This document shows, piece by piece, positions 17,785 through 25,036 of a stretch of DNA of 25,036 nt (its first letter is position 1; each line of letters opens with the position of its first letter). Below the pieces are notes generated by a model that had not been told where the DNA came from, made no database searches, and saw nothing but the letters and a program-made list of their open reading frames with translations. Source of the stretch: a virus (taxonomy: Duplodnaviria > Caudoviricetes); IMG/VR virus record IMGVR_UViG_3300012122_000008, positions 1 through 25,036 of that record; one strand, 5' to 3'. The position numbers were made by a program, and so were the translations under genes.

Positions 17785-18251
17785 GGTACAAGTCCTTTAG
17801 AATACGTTCTATCACGATTCAATGTTAAGACTTGTAGACGATTTTTTCCAGCGGGGTCCCAACCAATGTGAACCCAAGTTTTTTCATAAATCAACTGATC
17901 GTATTGAAGTTCTTGATCCTGCAGCATTAGATATGCAACAATCTCTTTCGGAGTTCCAAATTTCGGCGCGATAAAGTCAACTGCCGTACCTTTTGGATGA
18001 ACTGATCTATTTGAAGAACCAACAGCAATATTAAGTTCAGGACAACGATACCAAGAAGAAACAAGAATACCGCAACGTTTTTCTTTATTTAATATTGCTC
18101 TTACATTCTCCATTTTTAACCCAATCTCAAATATTGTTTGCTCTAACTCATCAGGAATAGTATTATCAATATTCCTGTGATTAGTATGCTCAGCCTCTTC
18201 CCAAGCAAAGTTTTCAGATAATCTAGGAAAAGTATCTCTAATCTTTCCCAT
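17781..18251 (-). CDS. endolysin, peptidase M15A (Zn D-Ala-D-Ala carboxypeptidase fold)
   Basis: LSENF, SWYRCPELNIAVG, SVHPKGTAVD (H-x6-D), DQLIYE, WVHI. Confidence 0.92.
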   Translation of the reverse strand: MGKIRDTFPRLSENFAWEEAEHTNHRNIDNTIPDELEQTIFEIGLKMENVRAILNKEKRCGILVSSWYRCPELNIAVGSSNRSVHPKGTAVDFIAPKFGTPKEIVAYLMLQDQELQYDQLIYEKTWVHIGWDPAGKNRLQVLTLNRDRTYSKGLVP

Positions 18252-18252
18252 A

Positions 18253-18624
18253 TTAAATCCCTATAGCAAACCAAGTAAGTGGTTGAGTTTCTGAAAGAGC
18301 ACCTTCTGTTTGCATAGTAACAGTAACATCATTATTTGATGCAGCAACCCAATTTAATGTTGTAGCAAAACCAGAACCACCACCAGTAACAGTTAAACCC
18401 AACCATAAACATCTTTGAGGAAAAGGTACATTAAGTGGAATAACTACAGTACCATCAGTAGTTAATTCAGGAACTCTTCCCCCTTGAAAAATTAATCCTC
18501 CAACTGTTTGATGCCAAGCAAATATATCTCCACCTACAGCAAGTTGTGTAACCCCAATAGTTTCTTGTACATCTTTTGGATTAACTTTTCCAGCAAAAGG
18601 CATAACTGCATTAGAATTAGCCAT
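18253..18624 (-). CDS. short tail fibre-like protein with gp53-like C-terminal domain
   Basis: GLIFQGG....V.PL..PFP....WFAIG pattern; directly after the nozzle gene. Confidence 0.65.
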   Translation of the reverse strand: MANSNAVMPFAGKVNPKDVQETIGVTQLAVGGDIFAWHQTVGGLIFQGGRVPELTTDGTVVIPLNVPFPQRCLWLGLTVTGGGSGFATTLNWVAASNNDVTVTMQTEGALSETQPLTWFAIGI

Positions 18625-18626
18625 GA

Positions 18627-20387
18627 TTACATATGGCCTTCAATTTGACATTTTAATTCAATAGATGCAAGATCAAATGCTCCAATAAAACCAATACGAA
18701 AACTCTTACCAGTTACGTGAGCCAAAGTTTTAATCAATGATCCTTGATCTAATATTACATATGGAGTTACACGTTGAGTGATATCAAAATTCTTTCCATC
18801 ATATGAAGGATCTACAAAAAGAGTTAAATTTTTAGTCCCAGCAAGAGTCCAACCTAATGTAGTATCTTGAGCAGATTCAATATCAAGTTCTTCTAAAGTA
18901 ATCAATCTATCTCGAACATATTGAAATTTTCCAAGAATGAGAACACCAGAATGTTCAATTGCTGGTACTTCTCCACCAGGTTCTTGAAGATTCATTCTTG
19001 TGTATACTTTATATGTAAATTGACTAAGTTCTGGATCAGATCCATTAACAAAATAAATATATTGATCAACAAACCAAACATCAGTATGCTCAATTTTTAA
19101 TTTTCCAAGACGGTCTAATAATGAATCCCAAACGAAACAATAAAGGAATAAAGGTTTTCCTGACATAATAGTATCAGGTGCTGGATATGTAGTTTCTGTT
19201 GCATAAGAAATAAATAAATATCTATCTAATATTGTAGAGATTTTAAATATTTTTCTATTACTTACATCACTAACAAAAGGAAATTCAATTAGTTCAACAT
19301 CATTAATTGAATCATTCCAAGCATCAAATGTATCATCATATGTAAGATAATCAGATAATTGACTTAAAATATTTTGTGCATTATCTAAAGTTACTGCTTG
19401 AATTTGTCCATTTGAAGATAAAACATACTGTGCAACAGAATTAACATCTCCAGCAACTCCAGTAGAAGCATGGAAAATTATATCAAATACACCACCACTA
19501 TTGGGAACTTCCCGAAATCTCCAAGGATAGGCACGATTACCAGTATAAGAAACACCAATAGCATTATTGGCAGTATAAATAATAAATCCTGCAGGATGCG
19601 TAACTGCCCAACGAATCTGTGAAGTCAAGGCAGTTGGAACTTCTTGGCCGGCCCCAGATACAAGAGATGCAGTAAAATCTAATGCATTAGTAAGTGAAGA
19701 CCAAAAGACTTCATGTTTATAAACAAGCACTAAATAATTGTATGAACCAAGAATACAAACAAGAAGGTTATTTAACACTGCACCAGTTATTGATGCAGTT
19801 ACATCAGTAAACTCTAAAGTATCTGTACCTTGATTATATTCTACACTGTATAAAAGTTGGTTGGCTCCACCAAGAGAACTGGCGTCACCAATTATGTGAA
19901 TATATAAAACCCCTTGAACAAATGCCCAAGAAATATGATCAGGATAAATAGGATTACTAACATATCCAGTAGTATTGTTACTATAGGCTTGGTCTGGAAC
20001 AAATCTTTGAAACCACAATTCTGGAACAAAAAGAATGTCAATTGCACCAATAAAATGAATTGTTATTTGTTCTACAATGTCCAATGCTCCTACAATAGGA
20101 ACTGGAACAACAATAGTTTTAGTAATTGAACCTAGAGTTGGATTAATATCTTCATCTACTATAGCCTGCATTCCAACAGATCTATACCCATCTGGAGTTG
20201 GAAGGACATTCTCCATGTAAAGAGCTTGTGGAATACCTACAGAGTTTTTTAATCCCTCACCTGGAGGATCTACACGTCGATCATAATTTTGATCAGCTCC
20301 AGGATTAATTACACTTCTCCCAGCTTTAGCTTGAGTAAGTGCAAACTGCGAAGAAGATAAATTTGCGCGATATGGTACTTGTGCCAT
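18627..20387 (-). CDS. tail nozzle / tail tubular protein B-like (beta-propeller)
   Basis: 586 aa beta-rich; YMENVLPT..GY.S N-terminal motif, FWSS...LDF; size and position fit podovirus nozzle/stabilisation proteins. Confidence 0.7.
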   Translation of the reverse strand: MAQVPYRANLSSSQFALTQAKAGRSVINPGADQNYDRRVDPPGEGLKNSVGIPQALYMENVLPTPDGYRSVGMQAIVDEDINPTLGSITKTIVVPVPIVGALDIVEQITIHFIGAIDILFVPELWFQRFVPDQAYSNNTTGYVSNPIYPDHISWAFVQGVLYIHIIGDASSLGGANQLLYSVEYNQGTDTLEFTDVTASITGAVLNNLLVCILGSYNYLVLVYKHEVFWSSLTNALDFTASLVSGAGQEVPTALTSQIRWAVTHPAGFIIYTANNAIGVSYTGNRAYPWRFREVPNSGGVFDIIFHASTGVAGDVNSVAQYVLSSNGQIQAVTLDNAQNILSQLSDYLTYDDTFDAWNDSINDVELIEFPFVSDVSNRKIFKISTILDRYLFISYATETTYPAPDTIMSGKPLFLYCFVWDSLLDRLGKLKIEHTDVWFVDQYIYFVNGSDPELSQFTYKVYTRMNLQEPGGEVPAIEHSGVLILGKFQYVRDRLITLEELDIESAQDTTLGWTLAGTKNLTLFVDPSYDGKNFDITQRVTPYVILDQGSLIKTLAHVTGKSFRIGFIGAFDLASIELKCQIEGHM

Positions 20388-20389
20388 AA

Positions 20390-21070
20390 TTATGGAAATG
20401 GTGTAACTGCTGGTATATAATTAGCAGAATAACGTAAAGCTCTTGTTATTCTTACTTCATCAACTTGACCATTCCAACCTTGATTTTGATTGGCGTCATT
20501 ACCAATTCTAAATAATGCTGCAGAACTTACACCAACAACTGGTGGTACTGCTTGAGCAACTATATTGCCATCTATAAATACTTTAAGACCATTTGCCACA
20601 TTAAGAGCATTTACACATACAGCAAAAGCATACCAAGTATCTACCACAGGGATAAATCCAGTATTAAGTGAATTACCTCTAAAAGAAACAGACAAAACAC
20701 CAGTAGCAGCACCTGTATTAATAGTACAAAAATATGAGCCACTTACTAAATCTGAACCAAGTAGGAATCTATTAACACCTCCACCAATTGCTGCAGCTCT
20801 AAGACGACATTCAAAAGTAAAATCTCCAGACCAAAGACCACTAGAGCCAGTTCCTGGATATGAAACTCTACCAGTAGAACCGCCGAATTGTACAGCATTT
20901 CCAAATATTGCTGGGGCACCTAAAGTTGGTGTTGGTGTACCTGCAACAGTACCAACTTGACCTGAAACTGAATCATTAAAATTAGAATCGTAATGAGCAA
21001 GAAAGTAATTATCAGTAATGAATGGATCTACTAATAGATTATAACTTTTAAGTAATCTAGGATAACTCAT
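20390..21070 (-). CDS. LamG/concanavalin A-like lectin domain protein, putative receptor-binding
   Basis: DFTFEC, WYAFAV, LKVFIDG, FRIG, WNGQVDEVRIT..RY..N..P..PFP are the Laminin_G_3-type signature. Confidence 0.85.
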   Translation of the reverse strand: MSYPRLLKSYNLLVDPFITDNYFLAHYDSNFNDSVSGQVGTVAGTPTPTLGAPAIFGNAVQFGGSTGRVSYPGTGSSGLWSGDFTFECRLRAAAIGGGVNRFLLGSDLVSGSYFCTINTGAATGVLSVSFRGNSLNTGFIPVVDTWYAFAVCVNALNVANGLKVFIDGNIVAQAVPPVVGVSSAALFRIGNDANQNQGWNGQVDEVRITRALRYSANYIPAVTPFP

Positions 21071-21486
21071 AAGTCAAAACCAACCATATAAAGAATCAAA
21101 CCTTTGGCGCCGGTGCCTCCTGCATCTAAATCAAAAGAAACTTCCTGACCTATAGAAAAATCATAGAAAGAAGGTGTAGGTGATCCAACTAATACGTACG
21201 GAGTTGCTGCATTTGTATTATCTTTTTCATTAGCATCAATCGATAACTTTGTTGTTAAAATTGATACAGTATCAACATTAATATCTACTGTTACGAGCCC
21301 TGAAGATGAAACTGCAAACAATGAAGCATAGAAAGCCAAAACTCTAAATGGAGCATATACACGAAAATAACCAAGTCCATTTGCTGCACTAAGTGGTGTT
21401 ACCATATCACTCAGTGCAATTTCTTTAACTAATTTACTACTAAGAACGTCACCAAGTGCTCCTGGAGTCCAAATTGTTGCACTCAT
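21067..21486 (-). CDS. small tail-associated structural protein
   Basis: Beta-rich (VTVDIN..SIL.TKLSIDANE, FDLD..GTGAKGL); between adaptor and LamG gene. Confidence 0.6.
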   Translation of the reverse strand: MSATIWTPGALGDVLSSKLVKEIALSDMVTPLSAANGLGYFRVYAPFRVLAFYASLFAVSSSGLVTVDINVDTVSILTTKLSIDANEKDNTNAATPYVLVGSPTPSFYDFSIGQEVSFDLDAGGTGAKGLILYMVGFDL

Positions 21487-22098
21487 TTAATACCCCGTAG
21501 TCCTAGAGTTACTCATAATTATATCTCCAGCAAGTCCTCTATCATTTTTACCGTCGCCCCAAACAATTGTTCTCATCGCTGCAGCTTCAGAATCTTTACC
21601 TGTTCGTTTGAAAATGGATGATGCAGCATCATTGATAATTGCATAAGGATGATCCACTGCAATCCAGGAATCAAAAGATAAAGATGTAATATCAGGATAC
21701 CTAAAACATCCATATAAGACATATTGCAAAGCAGAGTCAGATCTAATGTTTAACAAATTACCGGCTACATAATAAACATTCTCTCGAAGCACATTATATG
21801 AATCGAGAGAGTTTTCAGGAACTACAATGTCTTCGATAAAATTACCAAGTGCTCCAGTAACATCAGATTTTCTAAGGTATTTATTTGCTCTCCATCGTGG
21901 AATCAAAGATTTAATATCTACTTGTTGAATTGTTTCTGGTGAACCGAAAATTAAGCCAGTTTCGAATAAATCTTTATAAAAGAAATCTAGTTGATGCAAC
22001 TTAAGTGTTGCCTGTTTAATAAATTGGTCAGTTAATGCAACCAAATCAGGCCGACTAGTGACCGCATAAACTCCACTGACCAATTCAGATAAAGTCAT
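21487..22098 (-). CDS. head-tail adaptor / tail tubular protein A-like
   Basis: 203 aa; MTLSELV..V...T.RPDL N-terminal helices and C-terminal SWIA..HPYAII..A motif; expected size and position. Confidence 0.7.
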   Translation of the reverse strand: MTLSELVSGVYAVTSRPDLVALTDQFIKQATLKLHQLDFFYKDLFETGLIFGSPETIQQVDIKSLIPRWRANKYLRKSDVTGALGNFIEDIVVPENSLDSYNVLRENVYYVAGNLLNIRSDSALQYVLYGCFRYPDITSLSFDSWIAVDHPYAIINDAASSIFKRTGKDSEAAAMRTIVWGDGKNDRGLAGDIIMSNSRTTGY

Positions 22099-22521
22099 TT
22101 ATGCACCTGGTGTCAGCATACTTTTAACTGATGCTAACATTGCTGATCCAGAAGGCATTCCACTTGCTGCAACTGGAGCAATCCCTTTAGTAGATTGAGG
22201 AGTTAACTTTTGTGTTTCAGTATTTCCTGCATCATTATTCGGATTAGTTGCCGCCATCTCAGCAAGAATTTCGCGCCGAATCTGTGCACGAAGTTTCTCA
22301 TTTGGATCTTCTAGTTTTGGATCAGCTTCCATTTCTTCAGAATCCATATAAATAAATGGATTCCCAGATTTAATTTCAGCTTCACAATATGCAATAACTT
22401 CATCAAGATCAGTAAGCATTCGTCCATCAATGAATCGAACAACTCTACCATTAGGTAGGCAGAGTGAATTCATCTTGATCCGCGATTTAAAGACTCGATG
22501 AAGATTTGTAGTTTCAGTCAT
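22099..22521 (-). CDS. hypothetical virion-module protein
   Basis: 140 aa with AGGAG SD at 22529-22533; low-complexity C-terminus. Confidence 0.75.
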   Translation of the reverse strand: MTETTNLHRVFKSRIKMNSLCLPNGRVVRFIDGRMLTDLDEVIAYCEAEIKSGNPFIYMDSEEMEADPKLEDPNEKLRAQIRREILAEMAATNPNNDAGNTETQKLTPQSTKGIAPVAASGMPSGSAMLASVKSMLTPGA

Positions 22522-22528
22522 TCTTTAG

Positions 22529-22609
22529 CTCCTGGAGAGGTTAATGGTCAGAGTTTTTTGTTACCCCAGAACTCTTACCAGAAAACTGCGGGGTTCTCCA
22601 GGAAGGAGT
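22529..22609 (-). promoter_or_regulatory. structured intergenic RNA element (pseudoknot within an SD-sequestering stem), putative cis-regulator
   Basis: Three complementary pairs of segments in 80 nt: 22595-22603/22530-22538 (9 bp perfect), 22590-22594/22563-22567 (5 bp), 22570-22580/22545-22555 (10 of 11 bp). Confidence 0.6.
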
Positions 22610-22610
22610 A

Positions 22611-22805
22611 CTAACCCTGAATTAATTTAAATTTTCGTTCATCTTGCACAAGATGTGTAATCGCCGGAGAATCTACAGCAACTTGCCCTGTAGTTCCATT
22701 TGGTGTTAACACGGTTGGAGATCCACCAGTACGAATTGTAATAGAAGAAATATAACCTGGATCAGTGGTTAACATTCCTGGAGGGTTAACTTGTAGAGTC
22801 GCCAT
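22611..22805 (-). CDS. small hypothetical structural protein
   Basis: 64 aa, AAGGAG upstream, downstream of MCP. Confidence 0.7.
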   Translation of the reverse strand: MATLQVNPPGMLTTDPGYISSITIRTGGSPTVLTPNGTTGQVAVDSPAITHLVQDERKFKLIQG

Positions 22806-22974
22806 CTTCTGGTTCTCCTTCCGGTTTCTGGATGGAAACTAATACATCTTCAGTGAAGTCAACTCCAAGTTCATCTCCTTCTTTAAGAGTTTGCTCACTT
22901 GTAATTTCTCCCAAGTAAGCAACTTGAAGTTTGACTTCACCATCGCCTTCATAACGACAGACGATTTTTCCCAT
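22786..22974 (-). CDS. small acidic hypothetical protein
   Basis: 62 aa, starts 1 nt after the MCP stop. Confidence 0.65.
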   Translation of the reverse strand: MGKIVCRYEGDGEVKLQVAYLGEITSEQTLKEGDELGVDFTEDVLVSIQKPEGEPEDGDSTS

Positions 22975-22975
22975 G

Positions 22976-24202
22976 TTAACCTGCCGTTCCTGCGGTTAGA
23001 TTAAAGATGATACCATTTGCAGGTGGATTCTTAACAACACAAGTCAATTCAGAGGTGTAAGTTCCACCTTGTGCGTCAATACCATTGTCAGTTGCATTCT
23101 CCCCATCGTTGTTGAAATACTTATGTTGTGTTTTCCGATTGCCAAGATAAGCAACACGGAAAGTGGAAAGATCAACTGCAACAGCCATCTTGGCCCAACT
23201 TGCATTGGAATTGAACAACGGATGTTCAATCATTCGGAAAGTGCCGCGAGCAGTTTTGAACGATTGGAATTGCAAACCATATCCAGTCATTCCATCAACA
23301 AGTTGGTACGTTCCATTCAGACGTCCAATATCATTGATAACTCGGCGTGCACCACCACCTACGAAAAGAACCCGTTCATTACCAACTTTTGGATCAGTTG
23401 ATTGATTGAACAAAGGTTCCAACGCATTTTGTAGTTGCGTATAATTGGTGGTTGCACCGGCAGTTGTGACGTTAACTGCGGCATAGCTCGGAGGATAGTT
23501 GGAAAGAGTTGAAACGATATTGATCAAACCATCCATAGTACGGAACGGTTGACCATTTCTCGTGCCTTGGAACTTTTGGCCCCAAAACAGATTCTTCTCA
23601 ATATCAACTGCGTGGAATGCAGCACCATCCATCTTGGATTCTGCAACATTCGTCTCACCAGCAATTACCAGCGTAGCTCTTACCGAATCAGAAACTGCCC
23701 AGGTATTACGCAAAATCTGCGTCAGATTGGTAATCCGAACTGGGTTAATAACAAGAGCATTCGGCCGGGTCGAACTTTCTTCAAATGCCGAACCAGTCTG
23801 GTAAATCTTAACACCAGCACCAGCAGCGGCGGCTGCAACTGTACCAATTCCACGTTGAACACGAACTGACGTTGCAGAAAGAATTGCATCGACAAGAATC
23901 TGTTCGCCAGTGGAATCCACACGCATTAACATTCCAGGAAGAACGTTAGTTGTGGAAACAACAATCAAAACTGTATCAGCAGCACCCGGAATACCTGCAC
24001 CACCTAAGGTGAGTTCCGGGAACAACATGGTTTTCGTAAAGAATCCATGTTCGGTTTGAACTGCAGTTTCAGAAGGCAACATTGCTGTCATACCAAACAA
24101 CGGTGCTTGACCCATCGGCATAAGCCGAGTAATCATTCCTGCAAATGATTTCTTTGCAAAATCAACAGGAAGATTAGCAGAAGTAAAAATGCCAGTAGAC
24201 AT
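22976..24202 (-). CDS. major capsid protein (HK97 fold; SU10/DUF5309-like with insertion domain)
   Basis: 408 aa, strong SD AAAGGAG (24211-24217), visibly higher GC than flanks; N.TQI.R....VS.S, DIE...FWG, RTMDGL, G.F..IEHP, EL.CVVKNP.ANG.I.NL motifs; follows scaffold. Confidence 0.9.
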   Translation of the reverse strand: MSTGIFTSANLPVDFAKKSFAGMITRLMPMGQAPLFGMTAMLPSETAVQTEHGFFTKTMLFPELTLGGAGIPGAADTVLIVVSTTNVLPGMLMRVDSTGEQILVDAILSATSVRVQRGIGTVAAAAAGAGVKIYQTGSAFEESSTRPNALVINPVRITNLTQILRNTWAVSDSVRATLVIAGETNVAESKMDGAAFHAVDIEKNLFWGQKFQGTRNGQPFRTMDGLINIVSTLSNYPPSYAAVNVTTAGATTNYTQLQNALEPLFNQSTDPKVGNERVLFVGGGARRVINDIGRLNGTYQLVDGMTGYGLQFQSFKTARGTFRMIEHPLFNSNASWAKMAVAVDLSTFRVAYLGNRKTQHKYFNNDGENATDNGIDAQGGTYTSELTCVVKNPPANGIIFNLTAGTAG

Positions 24203-24215
24203 TTATTGTTCTCCT

Positions 24216-24611
24216 TTACAGCGCACGCAGCGTGATAGTGGCAGCCCCAGTCCGAGTTAGAATAACTAACTGGAAAGTATTAGCCAAAACAGTTGCACGA
24301 CCTGCCAAAGTTACACCAGCAGCAGCTACCCAAGTTCCTGCCAAAGCAGTAGTAATGGATACACAGAACATAATACTATCACCAATATCCATTTCTGGAA
24401 ATGCGGCAATAATAGCTACGGCAGTGTCAATTGTCAAGGTTCTACCAGCAGTAAAGCCAGTGTACTGAATAACACCACCGTGAATTTTTTCCACAGTGAC
24501 GATATCATTAGCATCAACAGCAATTACAGTAGGAGATGGAAAAAGCAAACAATCACCAGATGCTGTAGGTTTTTGCAAACCTCCCAGATACCCAGCAAGT
24601 TGAGATAACAT
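24216..24611 (-). CDS. putative capsid decoration/minor head protein
   Basis: 131 aa beta-rich Ala/Thr/Gly protein between scaffold and MCP; AAGGA upstream. Confidence 0.55.
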   Translation of the reverse strand: MLSQLAGYLGGLQKPTASGDCLLFPSPTVIAVDANDIVTVEKIHGGVIQYTGFTAGRTLTIDTAVAIIAAFPEMDIGDSIMFCVSITTALAGTWVAAAGVTLAGRATVLANTFQLVILTRTGAATITLRAL

Positions 24612-24621
24612 GTAAATTCCT

Positions 24622-25036
24622 TTATTGCGTAGGAGGAGTTAAGAAGGATTCCCAATCATCATCTGCTTCCCCAGTTTGTTTAGGACCGGACTTAGTTTTA
24701 GAAGCAGCGGGTTTTTTACCGAAAGATTCTGCGAATTTCTCCACATATTTTTCGGCCATTTGTTGAAGTTGCTGTGGTGTTGCATCTGGATGTTTTTCCA
24801 GAATATTGGCTTTCAAACCCTCAATGATCGGGGCAACTGCTGGATCCTCAAATAAAGGATTCTTGTCACGTAAGCCAGCATCAAGATTTAATGCTTTTAA
24901 CATCGCTGGAATCTCACTTGCAAATTCCGAACGAGCTGCCTTCAATGCTTCTTTTGTAATTGCTGCTGCAGCTACAGCAGATTGTCCATAAGTTTTTTGT
25001 GCAATTAAATTCATGGCCAGAATATTTGCTGCAACT
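24622..25036 (-). CDS. putative capsid scaffolding protein, 5'-truncated by the window edge
   Basis: Frame stays open beyond ATG 25014 to the window end; helical, flexible basic linker then DDWESFL C-terminal motif; two genes upstream of MCP. Confidence 0.65.
   Translation of the reverse strand, partial: VAANILAMNLIAQKTYGQSAVAAAAITKEALKAARSEFASEIPAMLKALNLDAGLRDKNPLFEDPAVAPIIEGLKANILEKHPDATPQQLQQMAEKYVEKFAESFGKKPAASKTKSGPKQTGEADDDWESFLTPPTQ

Noticed and set aside
22529-22609. Intergenic structure as a known ribozyme, glycine riboswitch or intrinsic terminator
   Set aside because: No hammerhead CUGANGA core, no twister P4-loop consensus, no HDV topology, only a superficial CUGGAGA match to glycine aptamers, and no U-tract after the stem. 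Kept as an unassigned element.
22960-23010. Possible T7 10A/10B-style frameshift fusing MCP to the next 62-aa ORF (GGT TAA C ATG)
   Set aside because: No slippery heptamer, and the downstream frame has a TAA about six codons before the MCP stop; simple translational coupling explains it.
1-25036. tRNA genes, CRISPR arrays, introns/inteins, stop-codon reassignment
   Set aside because: Genes tile almost without gaps under the standard code, conserved enzymes are uninterrupted, and the only two gaps are explained by the terminator and the structured element.

Overview
AT-rich (roughly 35-40% GC by eye), gene-dense fragment of a lytic-type dsDNA tailed phage with podovirus-like organisation (no tape measure, sheath, integrase or repressor in the window). 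Two convergent transcription units meet at a bidirectional intrinsic terminator (6463-6493). The + strand arm (1-6450) is a replication/nucleotide module: 5'-truncated family A DNA polymerase with unusual His at the PolI-762 position, stand-alone DUF3987-type P-loop ATPase (putative helicase), MazG-like pyrophosphatase, ThyX, a DEDDh 3'-5' exonuclease and small Cys-rich ORFs. The - strand arm (6509-25036) is the virion/lysis module: partial scaffold, major capsid protein, adaptor, LamG-like and gp53-like receptor-binding/fibre pieces, nozzle, M15A endolysin, holin candidates, ejection proteins, and a terminal cassette of small beta-rich decoration/spike-like proteins. The two most notable observations are (1) two tandem paralogous ejection-type proteins that each end in an unannotated ~90-aa Cys-initiated 'ICT...GY...PIC' domain preceded by a basic linker, a candidate new processing/sorting domain, and (2) a compact intergenic RNA element downstream of the capsid genes that can fold into an H-type pseudoknot closed by a 9-bp stem that buries the next gene's Shine-Dalgarno sequence. 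All family assignments are from motif recognition by eye; no searches were run.
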